Below, piece by piece: positions 37,501-50,269 of a DNA stretch of 64,000 nt; position 1 is the first letter of the stretch; each line of letters starts with the position of its first letter. This DNA is from Perna viridis. Lineage: Eukaryota. The notes below the pieces were generated by a model, which was not told the origin of the DNA, made no database searches, and was given only the letters and a program-made list of their open reading frames with translations. The translations under genes and the position numbers were made by a program. The DNA lies in assembly GCA_037379345.1 (NCBI GenBank), contig CM074511.1:25713171-25777170 (forward strand), given 5' to 3'.

Positions 37501-40500
37501 TTATAAATAAAAAATAAAATCGCTAGTATTTTGCTTGGCCTATTGCCTTGTTTTGGGTGCATTTGGGGTGTCATGTTTAAAATATCGTGAGATAGATATC
37601 TGAATAACTAGTTAATCATTGTTATCAATAAGCTCACTCACGTGGAAGGCTGGACATAAAAGAAACATTAAATAATATGGTTTGATTTCAATCTTTGGTC
37701 AATCAATTACCATAACGAACATGTAATGCGACATTTCACAAAGAAATGCTTCATTAATTGTGTGAAACAAAAATATTTTAATTAGATTATTCTACGACCA
37801 TACCTTGTCTTTTAAAGAGGCATCAGATCCACTGAACAACAAAAATTGAGCCGTTGTTACAAAGTTCTTTGTCACAGTAATATGCAGTGCTGTTTGTCCC
37901 GTTTTCTGCAATAAAAAGATGTATGTAGTGCTGATAGTTGTTCATTTTTTTCTCTAGCTTCTTGTTGCGTCTTTATTTTTAAGGAAGACATAGACTTGTT
38001 TATGTTTTTTATCAATTGGTAATAGAAAAGTTGTGCACGAATAGATCAGCAACCGAAATTCGAGAGAAAGATTCAGCAAAGAAATAGCGAAAGAAATAAT
38101 ATCAAAATGTAAAAATTCGAAGAAATCACAAAAAGAAGTAAAGTAAATAAGCCATCATGATTTCGATATGCCAGACATGGACCCACATACATGTAGATGG
38201 TGAAACCTAGCTGCTTTTCTATAAGCACCAAACAAAGTTTTCATGCCTTGGCCGCGCAAGAAACTACCAGAATGTCTTCCCTACATTACGTAGTTTCATT
38301 AAACATACAAAATTTCCTCTTGAGCTGGTTATACCAGTCATTTACATACTGGAAATATGTCAGGTAAACTTTTATCAAAACAAAGCATCGGCAAGATTGT
38401 CCTACCGTTTCAATAGAGTTAACAGAAGCTCCATGTGTAACTAAATGTTCCACTATGTCTGTGTAGTCTTTCTTTGCTGCGTAATGAAGTGGCATCAAAC
38501 CCATCTATAAGAACATTCATCTCGTAATATGCGATTTGTTCGATTTGTTTGTTATTTGATTTCATTTTGCTGCTTTCACTTGTAAACCAAAACGTCGTTG
38601 AAAATGACAGTACTTGTACTAAGAAATTACAAGTTTAATGATTTTTTTTCATTTGTTGTAACATTTTGGCATATTGCTGTTCATATATTCAAAAGACATT
38701 TATTCCGTATAAAGTAATATTTAAGAACTTGAGAAGAGCTCAAAAAGATTTAATTCACCATAAATTGAAAAGTTTTAAACAGCAGGCAAAGCTCATGTTA
38801 ACCTTAAAGTTCAAAAAGATTACATCATGTAGTAAAGTGAAGAAGACAACTTAAAGGCATGCAACAAATATGCCAGGTGTACTTACATTATCGGATTGAT
38901 TTGTAGGTGCGCCTCGTTTTAGAAGTAAAAGTGAATTTTCTTTATCCCCTGCAGATGTGCAATGGTGTAGTAGAGTCTTTCCTGTCTTAAAAAAATATCT
39001 AATAGTTGGCAAACGTATTCATTCAAGGCCGTTTGTATGTATAGCAAGGCAATGAGTAAATTTTGTAAGACTTTCTTCTTTTGTCTTGACCTTTCCATTA
39101 TACTATTCAAAACGTTTTGAAATTATCCTACTATTTACCATTTCTAAACCGGAAGTACTTATTTCTGGTAAAATATTTTAAAGAAATTTCAATCCAATGA
39201 GTTCAACAAAGGACTTAATTGGAATTAACGTCAATTTATTTCGAACTGATATGCCGCTTGGATAATTTATATTAAAGTTGAATCCCCAAAACAAATTGGA
39301 AATTATGCTAAACAAATATTCAAATAAAAACAAATGAAAGAGTGTCACCTCATCTTTAAACGACAAGTCTATATTCCTCCATTCATCCAATAGGCGAGAC
39401 ATTGTACCCATATCACACTTTCTGGCCGCTTGTAGGAGCTGTGAAATAAAACATATATTATTTTCACATACCAAAGTATAGAAATTTAGGACCAAAAATG
39501 ATATTGATACAGAAATATCCAGGACTTGCTTATTGGTTTTATTTCAAGGGGATTTATAACATGAGAAAAATTTCACGTAGGAAAAAATATACAAATGTTG
39601 TATGCAATATTACAATCAATTAAAGTGTATATAATGAAATGGAGAAAGTTAAGTCTAAAGCAATCTGAATGTAAAAAAATGTAAAAACAAACAACTTTTG
39701 AATAAGATCTATGACTATAATATAGATTAATACAACACGTAAACGCAGATAAAAACATGAAAATACTTATAAAACTGTCATCTGCAGTCTGTGCAAAAAA
39801 AAAAAAAAAGTTCAGAGTTCTTCCCAATGTATTCACTAGAGTTCGCCATTCAATAAACATTAAAGACACAATGGGAAGAAGGGTACTAAATGGAAATCAA
39901 ATATCTACGATTGTTCAAAATAAATCGCAATGCTACACATCGAAACTAGATTAGGAACCATTGGAATAGTAAAACACTGTATTTATCCACTGTATATTTT
40001 TATTGCAAAAGTTAATACATGTACAAGCCATTGTGGCAAACATTATGGAGTTATAGGTAAGCATTAATGATTTATTAGTGTTGATATGACAGTGACAATG
40101 TAATGCATACACGTGGAGGACTAACCATAAATCATGCCCTAATCTGGAAGGAGAAATGAGCAAAAACATCCTGTTTGTGCCCACTTCTTTCATTTGTCTT
40201 TGAATGGGAGAAATTTTGCAAATATGTCAGTGTTGTTATTTTTCAAACAGAATTTACTCTAAATATTCTCTTTGTTATCGATGTCTAAATAAGGCCCTCC
40301 ATTTATAATAAAAGTTCTTGTTTTCGATTTGTCAAGGTCATATTATACCAAGTTTATCCAAAGAATAGTCATAATACCATGTAGTAAAGAACATGATTAC
40401 TAGTATATAGTTTGTTTACATTAAGGCCAAGAATAGTATTAGTTTGAAAAATATTGTCTACACATATAAGAACGAAATAAAATTCGTTTTCAGTAATGTT

Positions 40501-41618
40501 CGTATTGCAATAACAAACGACCCTAATAAGGAGGTATGCCTAGGGTAAGGGACATAATTCATGAAGTCGGTGATATGTTTGTATGATATTCAATTTCACC
40601 AAAGGCTATCAAGCTTTCATTTGACACAGAATGAAATCAGTCAAAGTTACTTTGATGCTTACATGACATTGATGTAAAATGCGTAATAAAACGTTCCGAT
40701 GATTTGTAAGGGTTGTGTCCCTTAACCTAGGTCTACCTCCTTAAGATTACAGTTACTCACTGACTTCTTCAGGCCATCTCCTGCTTGTTTCAGTTCAGAC
40801 TCCATCGTCGTAATCAAACTGCAGTTTTATACAGAATTGGCCATGTGCTGTTGTTAGACATGGAAGAAAATTGTAAATATCATAAGAATTGTTGTAAATG
40901 TCTTACCATATTGCACCCTATTATTGTTGTGGCCATATGTCTCGTATTAATTATTTAAATCTTTGTGAAAATCTTTATAAATAGATTCTAATCACTCTCG
41001 TGTCATTTGAGGTCAAACCTAGTATATTCAGTCATTTACAACTGAAAATATATTTATTGTATTTAGAATTGCAAAAGCATTGGGAGGTCTGCTTCTGGTC
41101 TTTAAGAATAAGAATATGAGGAATTGTTAAGTTTTACCCCTAGGAAAATTAATTCCTGCATCAGTATTTGCCACAAGTTTCCGTCACCTTAATTCTACTT
41201 AATGAGGGGGGGGGGGTCGGCAAAAAAAACATTGATGAGCAATTGCTGTACAGAAAACAGTTGATAAAATAAAAAAAGGAAGACCAAAATTTGCAATGAC
41301 GGCGAAAAAAGTAAGATAACCCGACTGACCCTACATTGACTTTAGACGGTGTCAAATAGTCACAGAAACCGTAGTTTAAATTTCTGCATTGAAATCAAAA
41401 CAAATCCTGTTTTATGTTTCCCGTCAATGAAACCTTTTTTTTTTCATTGAGAGTAATGATTGTGTCACTTTGAATAAAATGGTATTGTTTTTCATTTGGG
41501 AGGCACGCTTTAGATGAAATCTGGATAACGAAACATTATTCGTACAAAATTAAAAAAAAAATAAAATTCATAAACAAGGTAGAATTAAAATGATACTAAC
41601 CTCCTCGGGGTACTCCAT
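25546..41618 (-). CDS. Ankyrin repeat, ZU5-ZU5-UPA-like and tandem death-like domain protein (PIDD1/DTHD1/ankyrin-related), 16 exons, about 919 aa
   Basis: Hand-assembled GT-AG exons with consistent phases: 41601-41618, 39349-39438, 38887-38985, 38406-38504, 37804-37905, 36141-36229, 35555-35894, 34898-35083, 34097-34383, 32977-33695, 32352-32500, 31850-31977, 30905-30990, 26788-26948, 26286-26410, 25546-25627 (2760 nt, one open frame). Ankyrin exons of 99/99/102 nt (GKTLLH, GLMPLHYAA, GQTALHI). FVIVSRPVVEVFSVGPEPKTIQSTVKPGVELV resembles the PIDD1/DTHD1 ZU5 junction. Death-like segments EWYRVMILNGM...FLLRWR and YEVAVSLGLTRPEANKI. Confidence 0.82.
25959..26170. mobile_element. MITE with TTAA target site (Kolobok-like termini), copy 1
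   Basis: ttaa|ggaggtagatctagggtaagggacataactc ... gagttgtgtcccttacgataggtctacctcc|ttaa. Confidence 0.85.
27712..30516. mobile_element. Possible old DNA-transposon relic bounded by imperfect inverted repeats (intronic)
   Basis: gtcaagctagcgaataataa...aagaaagcgcgggaaaact at the left matches the reverse complement of agtttccccgcgctttctt...ttattattcgctggc...tttgac at the right. No transposase ORF seen. Confidence 0.45.
35218..35350 (-). mobile_element. Short 3'-end fragment of a Penelope-like-related repeat family
   Basis: Minus strand gcaggaactgctctcctgctggagcacctgagatatttttggtggggttcgtg resembles the 3' region at 50640-50873. Confidence 0.5.
36341..36388 (-). other. Candidate internal alternative first exon D (MDDLEFNDEDMDELLP)
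   Basis: ataATGG start, 16 codons, phase-0 GTAAGA donor; 111 nt intron to the 36229 acceptor. Confidence 0.55.
37175..37225 (-). other. Candidate internal alternative first exon C (MVDISINFESDDDFSFQ)
   Basis: aatATGG start, 17 codons, phase-0 GTGAGT donor; in frame with the 36229 acceptor, downstream of the ankyrin exons. Confidence 0.55.
40530..40740. mobile_element. MITE with TTAA target site, copy 2
   Basis: Same family as 25959-26170 over its full length; ends ctacctcc|ttaa. Confidence 0.85.
40761..40805 (-). other. Candidate alternative first coding exon B (MESELKQAGDGLKKS) of the ANK-ZU5-death gene
   Basis: acgATGG start, 15 codons, phase-0 GTGAGT donor; in frame with the 39438 acceptor. 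Confidence 0.6.
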
Positions 41619-42999
41619 CGGTATGGTCAATGACGTCACAATTCATTATGATAAAAATCTTCTGGTAATGTTCAAACAATACCAAATTTAAATGCTTATT
41701 GTGATATATTTGTTCCAACCTCTTTGTGTTAAGCGGCTTCTTATTGTTTACAATTTAACGAGGTGGTAAAAATAGTTTACAAATTATGACGGTTGGATAA
41801 GTTGATTAAATATAAAGGTCGAATCCAGCATGTCACGATTTAGGATTTTGTCACAACTAACCATTTTCGTTTAGATATTACCTGCAAATCTTATTACTGT
41901 GGTACAATTTTTGGATTTTTAAAGATTTATCAATTGACAGGTGGCCTGTATTTGCCAAATGAGCTTGCTCCTACCATACAAAAAGACTTTGCTGCAGCCC
42001 GACTACTGTATATAACACGAAAATGAATTTGGCTCGGACTGTCACATATGCAAATCGGAATTACTCGGCCATTTCCGCTACACTAAAAAATAACCTCGGA
42101 TACAGAATGAATTTTTTTTAATTGCCGGAATTGTAGTTATACACCAATCAATGTAGCTCTATCCACCAGGTGGCACTAAAATTTGTTAGAAATCACTAGA
42201 AATAAAGAACAACAACTTTCAAAAATTTTGACGCGAAGCGAGGGGTTAAGAAAAAGTAATGGTAAATTATTCAACCAGTTTAACTATAATTCAGAATCAG
42301 ATCAGTCAAATTCCGGACAGATTGTTCCGCCTAGTGCATCCGAGGTTAACGAGAAAGTATGAGGAGTTCCGATTTATGCAAACAGCATCATTTTATTGCC
42401 AGCCATACCAACGTAGGATCCAGAGGGAGGGTTCCGGGTTTGGAATTCTCCTGTATCAATTTTTAAACATGAATAAGCGTTGCAGGACATATATTGAGAA
42501 CCCTCTGACGTGTGACTGTTTCAAATCTTATTTTGTTTGCAACCTCTCTTACCATGTCAGCAATGGTGATGGTATAAAACCACTATTAAAAGTCCCATTA
42601 CTTTCTATGTTGAATAAAGCTATTTTCAAGGTCCAAATATTTTTTAAAGTTTGTTAAAATGAACTTTAACAGGTTTGATCAGAGAGGGGACCCTTAAAGA
42701 CTCTCTCATAACTTTAATGGCTTCTAAGAAAGAACGGTGAAGTGAAAGTAGACGGGTACTAAAAATACAACTTTCCTTTTGGAAATTTGACAAATCAATG
42801 AGCTTAAGATCTAGACTCTGACAAATTATTCTCTACATCAGAGTTCAAAACTGTTGTATTCAGTGTGTACCTGACATAATAAGCTTTCAGATGATACCCA
42901 GTTTGCATATACTGGCTAAATCACAAAAAAATATACAATGCGTCCTAAGAACTACTTTGTTTTTTACGGACTACTTTCTGGTATGTGTAGGCGACTGGT

Positions 43000-43930
43000 T
43001 TCCCTTAATAGTGGTATTACACCTGATCTGAACATTATTCAAAATGAGAATCTCCGGAAAGTGATATCTCACGGCCCGAAGTTCAAGTAAACTGGTAACA
43101 TAATTTTGAAATCGTAATTGACGCAATCAGAGTGGATAAAGAGAAAAAAAATGAATAGAAACCAGAATTTGACTACCAGTATTAGTTTGGGTAAAAGCAT
43201 TTAGGTCTTTGGTTCAACTTTACATTCACATGAAATCTCAAACATTTCACAAATGATTTACCTAAATCAGTATTTAAGGACGTAGATTCCAAAGCAATAT
43301 AAAAATCCGTACAAGCAAAGGTGTATACATGTGTACATTGTAGCAGGTTCATCTACTTGTTCAACAAAAGAACTATCTGTACGGCTCACAAAGACTTTGT
43401 CCTCAGTGAAGGAAGGACAACAAAAATACTGTAAAACTGTTTACTCGCGTAGTGGTATTAATCATAATTCTATGTGGATTCCGAAAAAAAAAACACTCTT
43501 TTAGATAATCTTTTAAATAATCTTTAATCCCGCTCCTCCGCTGAAATTATCCGTCTAAAAGAAATCATCCGCAAAGCATTTAATTGCAAGAATGGTAATT
43601 CTAAGAAATTTGTTGTTTTAGACTACGGGTCTACATATTTTACCACCACAAACAAAAAGAAGTTGCGATACCGAGCAACAGGTGATCAGTATGCTAGAGT
43701 TTCTCCTCGACAACATAGCTGTCACTTTAGGATGGATATTTTTAAGCAAAGTATTGGCATTCCAGTGGGTACAAATTGGGCCCCTCTCCTAGCTGATCTG
43801 TTTCTTAATTCTTATGTTTCGGCGTTCCTTCATAATCTTGTAAATGACAAAAGGTTAACAAGGCTAGATCTTTTAATTTCACATATCGATATATTGACGG
43901 TGTTCTCACCAATAATTTGGAGAATTGGTT
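43000..43930 (+). mobile_element. Degenerate Penelope-like retroelement RT
   Basis: Reads AGSSTCSTKELSVRLTKTLSSVKEGQQKYCKTVYSRSGINH and QSIGIPVGTNWAPLLADLFLNSY; frameshifted and internally deleted. Confidence 0.8.
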
Positions 43931-45391
43931 TCCGTTTGTTTATTCATCAGAATAATTGTTTTATTTTTATAATTGATCAATCAGTAGTTCAGTCAATTGT
44001 ATGATTTTGATACGCCTGGAAATTTTGTTCACATAAAACTAATGTGATTCAACGTGAAATCCACGTTAAGGCTCAATTCACATGAATTTCAAGCTAACTC
44101 TGTTATAAATTTTATTTCACTGTGCATGCGATACCATGTTTTACGGACATGATCGAGGTCCATATCTCTTTCAAGTGTTTCGTGAAACATGACTGTCAAC
44201 TGTCGGTGAACGAGCTGCCATAATTGGTTTAAATACATTCCTCTGGAGAAATTTTAAGAATGTTTCCCTCAGTTAATGATGTTCCCTTCATCATGACTTT
44301 ACAAATATTTTGGTATACATTTCATTTAATGTGGTCGAGTCAAGTATAACAGCTTTTTTTAATATGTATTTGTTTTGGGTGTCTTTTTAAAAATGAAAAA
44401 AAAAATAGGCAAATACTTATTGGATGTTTGACCAAGTATTCTGATAAGTTTTACGTAAGTCGTGCAATTTCACAAAATATAGGTGTGTCAGAAATACATT
44501 GTTTAAATTAAAACTATAAAATACGAAATGTGATAAAAGTGGAAGCCGTGTGAAATCCATGTAAAAATCATATGAAATAATTGTGCTTATGTACCTTGCA
44601 GGTAAAGTATGATAATCATATAGTTCGAGGTTGTACAGTGTTTTTCATATTTTCGATCGATATTTATACCACGTCAACATTTTCTTTTGTTTGTGTTTTT
44701 CTTTTATTATTTGTTTAATTTCAATTCGCAGTTAAAATGTGTTACTTTATTACGAGACAGACATTTGAACGATATCACGGGAGTCTGTTGATAACAAAAT
44801 TGTCATGGCAGTCATCAACATCCGCGTCTACTCATCCGTGAAGTTAAGCTGTGGATTTCCAATGATGGGTACTGTTAGTTTTTATTGATCATAAATATCT
44901 TAATCTTTCATTAATTCACTTGACTTCAAAAAGTTTACCACGCATTGAATTTTGACAAGTCAGTGATCGTAACTATATTTCTTACTTCCGGATTTCTCTG
45001 ACGACCAAAAAATCTGTCTAATATACTTTAAAAGTCGGATTTTACATAATTTATTTCCTGTATTTCGAGGAAGTCCATTTTGAAGTGTTTAGCCTAAAAC
45101 TGCTTTGAGGAAGCACTGATTTGAAAGTAATACGACGTCGTGAATGAGAATTTGGTGGTTTTGAAGGTGTATTATGTAATTTCAGTCATGTTTTGAAGGT
45201 AATTCTGTGCTTTTTACTGTTTGCAAAGTGTTTTTCTGTGCTGTTATAACTTTTTTGTAAAGAGAGAAATAAAGATATATAAACGAATTGCCAGTGTACA
45301 TTCATGGATGAGCCTCATAATATTATGAAAGTAAAGGTTAAAAATGGCTGCGACATTGACTGGGCACTAATAATCAATGCAAACGTTTTCA

Positions 45392-45625
45392 AAGAGTAAT
45401 CAAGGGTACCAAGATTATAGTGGTAATCAACAGAATGCAATCCAGGGACAAAGACCATACATGGAAAACAGACATACACAACAAAGAACATAAAGTAACT
45501 AAAACCATACATACAAGGTCACAAAAGCAGATGAGCAACTCGGACTCCACTACAAACTGGGAGCATGGACCAGGTGCACCTGTAGGGTAAGCGTCCTCTG
45601 CTTTTCTAGAAACACCCGCTGAGTT
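45392..45625 (-). mobile_element. 3' terminal fragment of the Penelope-like family also at 50270-50873
   Basis: Reverse complement of 50640-50873 with scattered substitutions. Confidence 0.85.
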
Positions 45626-46479
45626 GAAAAAAAAATTTTTCAGCAAAACGTTTTCAAGGATGTTCGCGTCTCCATTTCAGAATAACAAGGATTTCAATGG
45701 GTAGTGAAATTTGTTAAGATCATTCATGCTAGAACAATGTGAGAAGAAAAAAAAGATTGGTCAGTGTAGTCATTTTTGAGATATTCCCGACTTGCGGACC
45801 AACATTTTGTCAACATTTATCTCCCTTTGGAGCAGGTGTCTATTCGGAACACTTGCGTGTTAAATACATATAAAGTTGCAATTAGCAATGTTTCAGGGCT
45901 AAATTTAATGTATTATTTACCCTGTGAATGAAAACAATTCATTAAGGAATGTCCTAGATACTGACTATAGCTTAAGGTTCGTGGTTCTCATGATATCATG
46001 CTATTTTCATGACATCCAGTGAGGGATGGTGTCATTCCTTTTTACATTTTACTACCCAAAAAGTTGGATTTGAGAGTGATACAACGTTTTCTTAAAATAA
46101 GTCAAGAAAAAATGATAAGTGAGGTCATTTATTGATATGGTGATAAAATGGGTAATGAGGTACCTGGAAAAGAAACGAGGGATGGTCAAAGAATCTAAAG
46201 ATTGATTTTAGATTGCTTAACTTATGATAATTCATCTGCGACACTCACTCAAGTTTCGATCATTCAGAACGGATGAATGACACGATACTTAATGAAATAA
46301 CCGGTATTGCAGTTGACGATCCGGGGAGGGTTCCGACCCCGGAACCCCACTTTTGTTGGAAAAGATTGAAGTACATTTGCTTATATTAAACAACAACTAA
46401 CTAAAACTAGAAAAACTAAGAAATGCCAAATAACGCGGTCGCTCGTTTGATAACATGTACTTTTCGACCTCTATATTGA

Positions 46480-46895
46480 TTTGGCTCAAAAATCAATTCA
46501 GTTCAGTGGTATAGGAGGAGTAACAAATTAGAGATTATCCCATGTCCCCATATGCACAAATGACCAAGGCCATGTTTTTCTATGTGAAACTTCCAGTTTA
46601 ATTAGGATCAAATTCTAAAATTAAAGGGGCACAATGGGAATATGTAATAAAGATTCTGTGAAAGTTTCATTCAATTCAATTCAGTGGTAAAGGAGGAGTA
46701 ACGAATAAGAGGTACTCCATGTCCCCATATGCACAAATGACAAAGTCCATGTTTTGCTTTATGAAACCATATTGATTCGGATCAAAATCTAAAATAAGAT
46801 GTGCATTATGGGGACATGCAATAAAGATTCTGTGAAAGTTTCATTCAATTCAACTCAGTGGTATAGGAGGAGTAACGGATAAGAGAAATCCCACT
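46480..46895. repeat. Short tandem array with a ~175 bp unit (about 2.3 copies), probably the core of a Helentron/HINE-type element
   Basis: tcagtggtawaggaggagtaac recurs at about 46503, 46681 and 46854. Confidence 0.8.
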
Positions 46896-47048
46896 TGTGT
46901 AACGGAAGTAAGGAGACTTCGGTTTTATTCAAACCACTTCAGGTCCCATGTATTACGCTTAATTAAAAACAAAACAAATAACCGTTTATTACCACAATTT
47001 CTTTAAATGCCTACAAAACTCGTGGGTTTGGGACTGAATTCAAGCCTC

Positions 47049-47055
47049 TATAAAA
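47049..47055 (+). promoter_or_regulatory. Possible TATA box of the ZAR1-like gene
   Basis: TATAAAA about 210 bp upstream of the ATG. A pyrimidine-rich acceptor (ttttcttccatag) just before the ATG implies a non-coding first exon. Weak evidence in AT-rich DNA. Confidence 0.25.
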
Positions 47056-47261
47056 AATAAATTGCATAACGATAACTTGCACTTCAAATTGAAATTAGTT
47101 TATCTTTTTATCTTTCTTTTTTATCAAAATACTATACACCTAGAAATATCGTAATTGGAAACACACTTCATTTAGTTATACTGACAGATCACCTAAAATG
47201 TTTTGATACGAATCATACATAAAGCATACCTTGCTTATTTTTTCTTCCATAGAAGGGGTAA

Positions 47262-50047
47262 ATGGACAGAGAGAGCGCACCGGATAAGAGGGAACAACAA
47301 CCAACTACAAGATATTCCACTGAATCTAAATCCAACTCGATGAACAATGTTGAGGAAATACAATCGGAAACGGGCTCCTCAAACACAGAACAGAACAATG
47401 CTACCGGTAACGTTAATACGTCCAGTCGGTCGCAATATTCTCCCTCAACATTCCATGAACAGAAAAAAAAACCTCTTGAAGAAGGTGGGAAAACCTTAAC
47501 AGTGCTATATGATAGGAACGCAAGTTCGCCATTTGAACCGAAAACAGACAATTCATTTACAGAACTGTCTGAAACGCCGAAACAATTCTATCATCCTGAA
47601 CAGATAAAATCTATCGAATCGGATATGAAAACATTTCATGGAGAGAAAGCTTCTGGTGAAGCTGAAAAACGTAAAAAAATCAAGGGGAAGGGGGAGGGGA
47701 AGAAAGGCGAGAAACAGAATAGAGAACAAAAAATGGACAGGGATAATGGTTACAATGATAATTACCGAGAAAATATGGAGGAGAGTGGTGCCTGTACCTT
47801 AGATAATGGTAATGGTGGCGATGGAAGGCATGCTATTGGAGGTGGTGGAGGACGTGGTAGGAGTGGTCGAGGTAGCAATAGACGAAAAGGGGGTTTTGGT
47901 GGTGGTGGTGGTGGTGGTGGTGGTGGAGGCAGAGGTGGCGGCGGCGGTGGTGGAGGCAGAGGTGGAGGAGGTGGTACTGGCCGAAGACGGAAAAGGCGAA
48001 CTGAGCGCTGCTTTGGTTACTTTGAATGTCGAAACTGTGGAAATGACTGGGCAAGTGCTTATATTTGGCGTATTATAGGAACTCCCAGGGTAAGTGCACA
48101 TGTTTGATGCAATGGTATCGATGGTGTTCAGATTGTGAATAGGATAGAATATTTTATTAAATTATATATCTTTAGTTGTTTCATTTAGAAATTTCATACT
48201 TGAAAATTGCCATGTCTTGTCTTTAAATGAAGTAAGAAAAGTACATATAAAAAGCAGTTTTTAACTCTGAAAACATGGTGAATTCGTGTGTTAAACGTTA
48301 CTGTTTTTTGTAAACATCAACCGAATACCTCATGTACGGTCTGTTTGTTGACATAGTAAACTAAACACCAGAGATAATTTCTAGTTACCGTAATAGAAGT
48401 GGGAAGAAACCTGGTTTATCAACAACCATTTCCATCGGAAATGCCTGTACCAAGTCAGGACCATTGCAGAGGTTTCCAACTTACCAGTTTTTTTGTTTGT
48501 TTTGACATTTCCATTTGTTATACGGACTTTCCTTTTTTACTATTCCTTTTAACCATTTCCTTGAATTCATCAGTTCGGTAATTTTGTTCATACCCTTAAT
48601 TAAAGACATTAATTTGTTTTTATATGAATAAAATTCTGTAACCCTGAACAAGACAATTCTCGAAACAGGAAGAAATATATGAGGCTCACAGGAGCCTGAA
48701 TCGCCCACCTGGTTATTTTTGTTCCAATAATTTTGACTCAAGAAGGCTATGGTAGGACTTATCATAAGGATCGTTCCATGAATTGAACATTTCGATCTAT
48801 CATAGTTTTCAAGATATTGGCAGAAAACTGTCATTTTTCACATTTCAAGGGCAATAGCGATAACTATGAGTCGTCCAACAATTTTGATCCAATGCATTTT
48901 TTGTAGGCCTTATACTGAGGATCATTTCACCAATTGAAAGAATTTGGCTAAACCTAACGGTTTTGGAGATACATGTATACATGTATGAGAAAAACTTCTG
49001 ACTGACCCCTTTGTTTTATTTTTAGTAACGGCGGCCATGTTTTTCGACGCATTACAAATGTCATCATTTTTATGCAGAACACTCTAAGGAGCATTCATAT
49101 CATGACAACCTTAGTTCTAATTGATAAGGTAGGGTCAGTGGAGAGATTTTAAATTAAAAGAAAATAACATTGAAAATAGCGAAATAAGGTGGGAAAAGGC
49201 AAATAATCCTAACATTGTTGAACAAACTTACACGAAAACTTGACCACTGATAATTCTCATCGTGCTAAACATGTTTAACTTGTCAGAATTTGACTAAATG
49301 TTATGATTTTGGAGATATACGCAAAAAGCTTCAATCTGACCCCTATGTTCTAGTTTTAGTAATGTCGGTCATTTTCGACGGATCAAAAAATCCCCACAAC
49401 AGTTCAATGCAGAACACCGTAAGGAAACATTCAAACCAAGTTTGGTCCTAATTCGTGTTGCAGTTTATGAGGATAACATGTTTGAATAAATTACAATTGT
49501 AAACGAGGACGACGGGCCGGCCAGGTGAACTAAAAAAGGAAACTTCATACCACAAGACACAATTCCGCCCAAAACACACTTGAACATTACAGAGCCGGTT
49601 TCGAGTACTATACAAACATATAGAGTATGGACAGACAGACATGCTTAGTTATTCCATGATACTTTCTTTAAAAGGCTAAAAACCTGTAACAAGTGGAAAC
49701 ATCTAGGAGCGAAGGTGGACTCAAAACCCTGACTTGGGAGGATGCTAGGTCAGAAGAGTTGAAGAAACTTATATTGCGTTTACATAATAATAGGATACAA
49801 AGTTAATAATTTCTGAAATTTTCAGGTTGTTTTTAGACAGCAGTGCCAAGATTGCATGATATACAGGTTTCCATACAGAACAGAATATCTCAAGTGCAGT
49901 CGCTGTGGTTATCCTGTGCCAGAGTGTATCTGTAGTGATTCTGACCCAATAGAAACGGATTCAGAATATCGACCACATAGAAAGGATTTGTGTGAAAGAT
50001 GTCAAACGCACAGCCTTTGTCGAGCTCGACATGGATGTTTGAGATGA
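47262..50047 (+). CDS. ZAR1-like zinc-finger (zf-3CxxC) protein with an RGG/poly-Gly region, 2 coding exons, 349 aa
   Basis: Exons 47262-48089 (AGG|gtaagt) and 49826-50047 (ttttcag|GTT). The spliced C-terminus FGYFECRNCGNDWASAYIWRIIGTPRVVFRQQCQDC...PYRTEYLKCSRC...CIC...RPHRKDLCERC matches the ZAR1 C-terminal pattern. Confidence 0.85.
48647..49537. mobile_element. Helentron/HINE-type non-autonomous element in the ZAR1-like intron
   Basis: Starts aacaaga...aggctcacaggagcctgaatcgcccacctgg and ends ccaggtgaactaaaaa (subterminal inverted repeat), with two internal related units (ctgacccc...ttttagtaa...ttttcgacg). Confidence 0.6.
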
Positions 50048-50269
50048 CTCATCACAAATTATTCTACTTTTTTTAATTGCTAAATTTGTTTTATTTCGAA
50101 AATAACTGAGAGTACCACTTATTGAGTTTAAATTATAATTGAATTTTCCAAACGACATTGAATGGAATTAAGTAGATCACACATTTCTTAGGTTCACATT
50201 TTTGTTAAAATTGTAAAATCGCACAATACATACATTAATTGTGAATTGTTGTTATTGTGGTAAAGGAAA

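Noticed and set aside
40901-40909. ATG directly followed by GTAAGA (minus strand) as a fifth start exon
   Set aside because: Too short to distinguish from chance without transcript data.
46480-46895. CRISPR-like repeat array
   Set aside because: Eukaryotic context, whole ~175 bp units are similar with no unique spacers, and no cas genes.
47799-48101. Poly-Thr, poly-Val and poly-His ORFs
   Set aside because: Alternate frames of the (GGT)n poly-Gly tract in the ZAR1-like exon.
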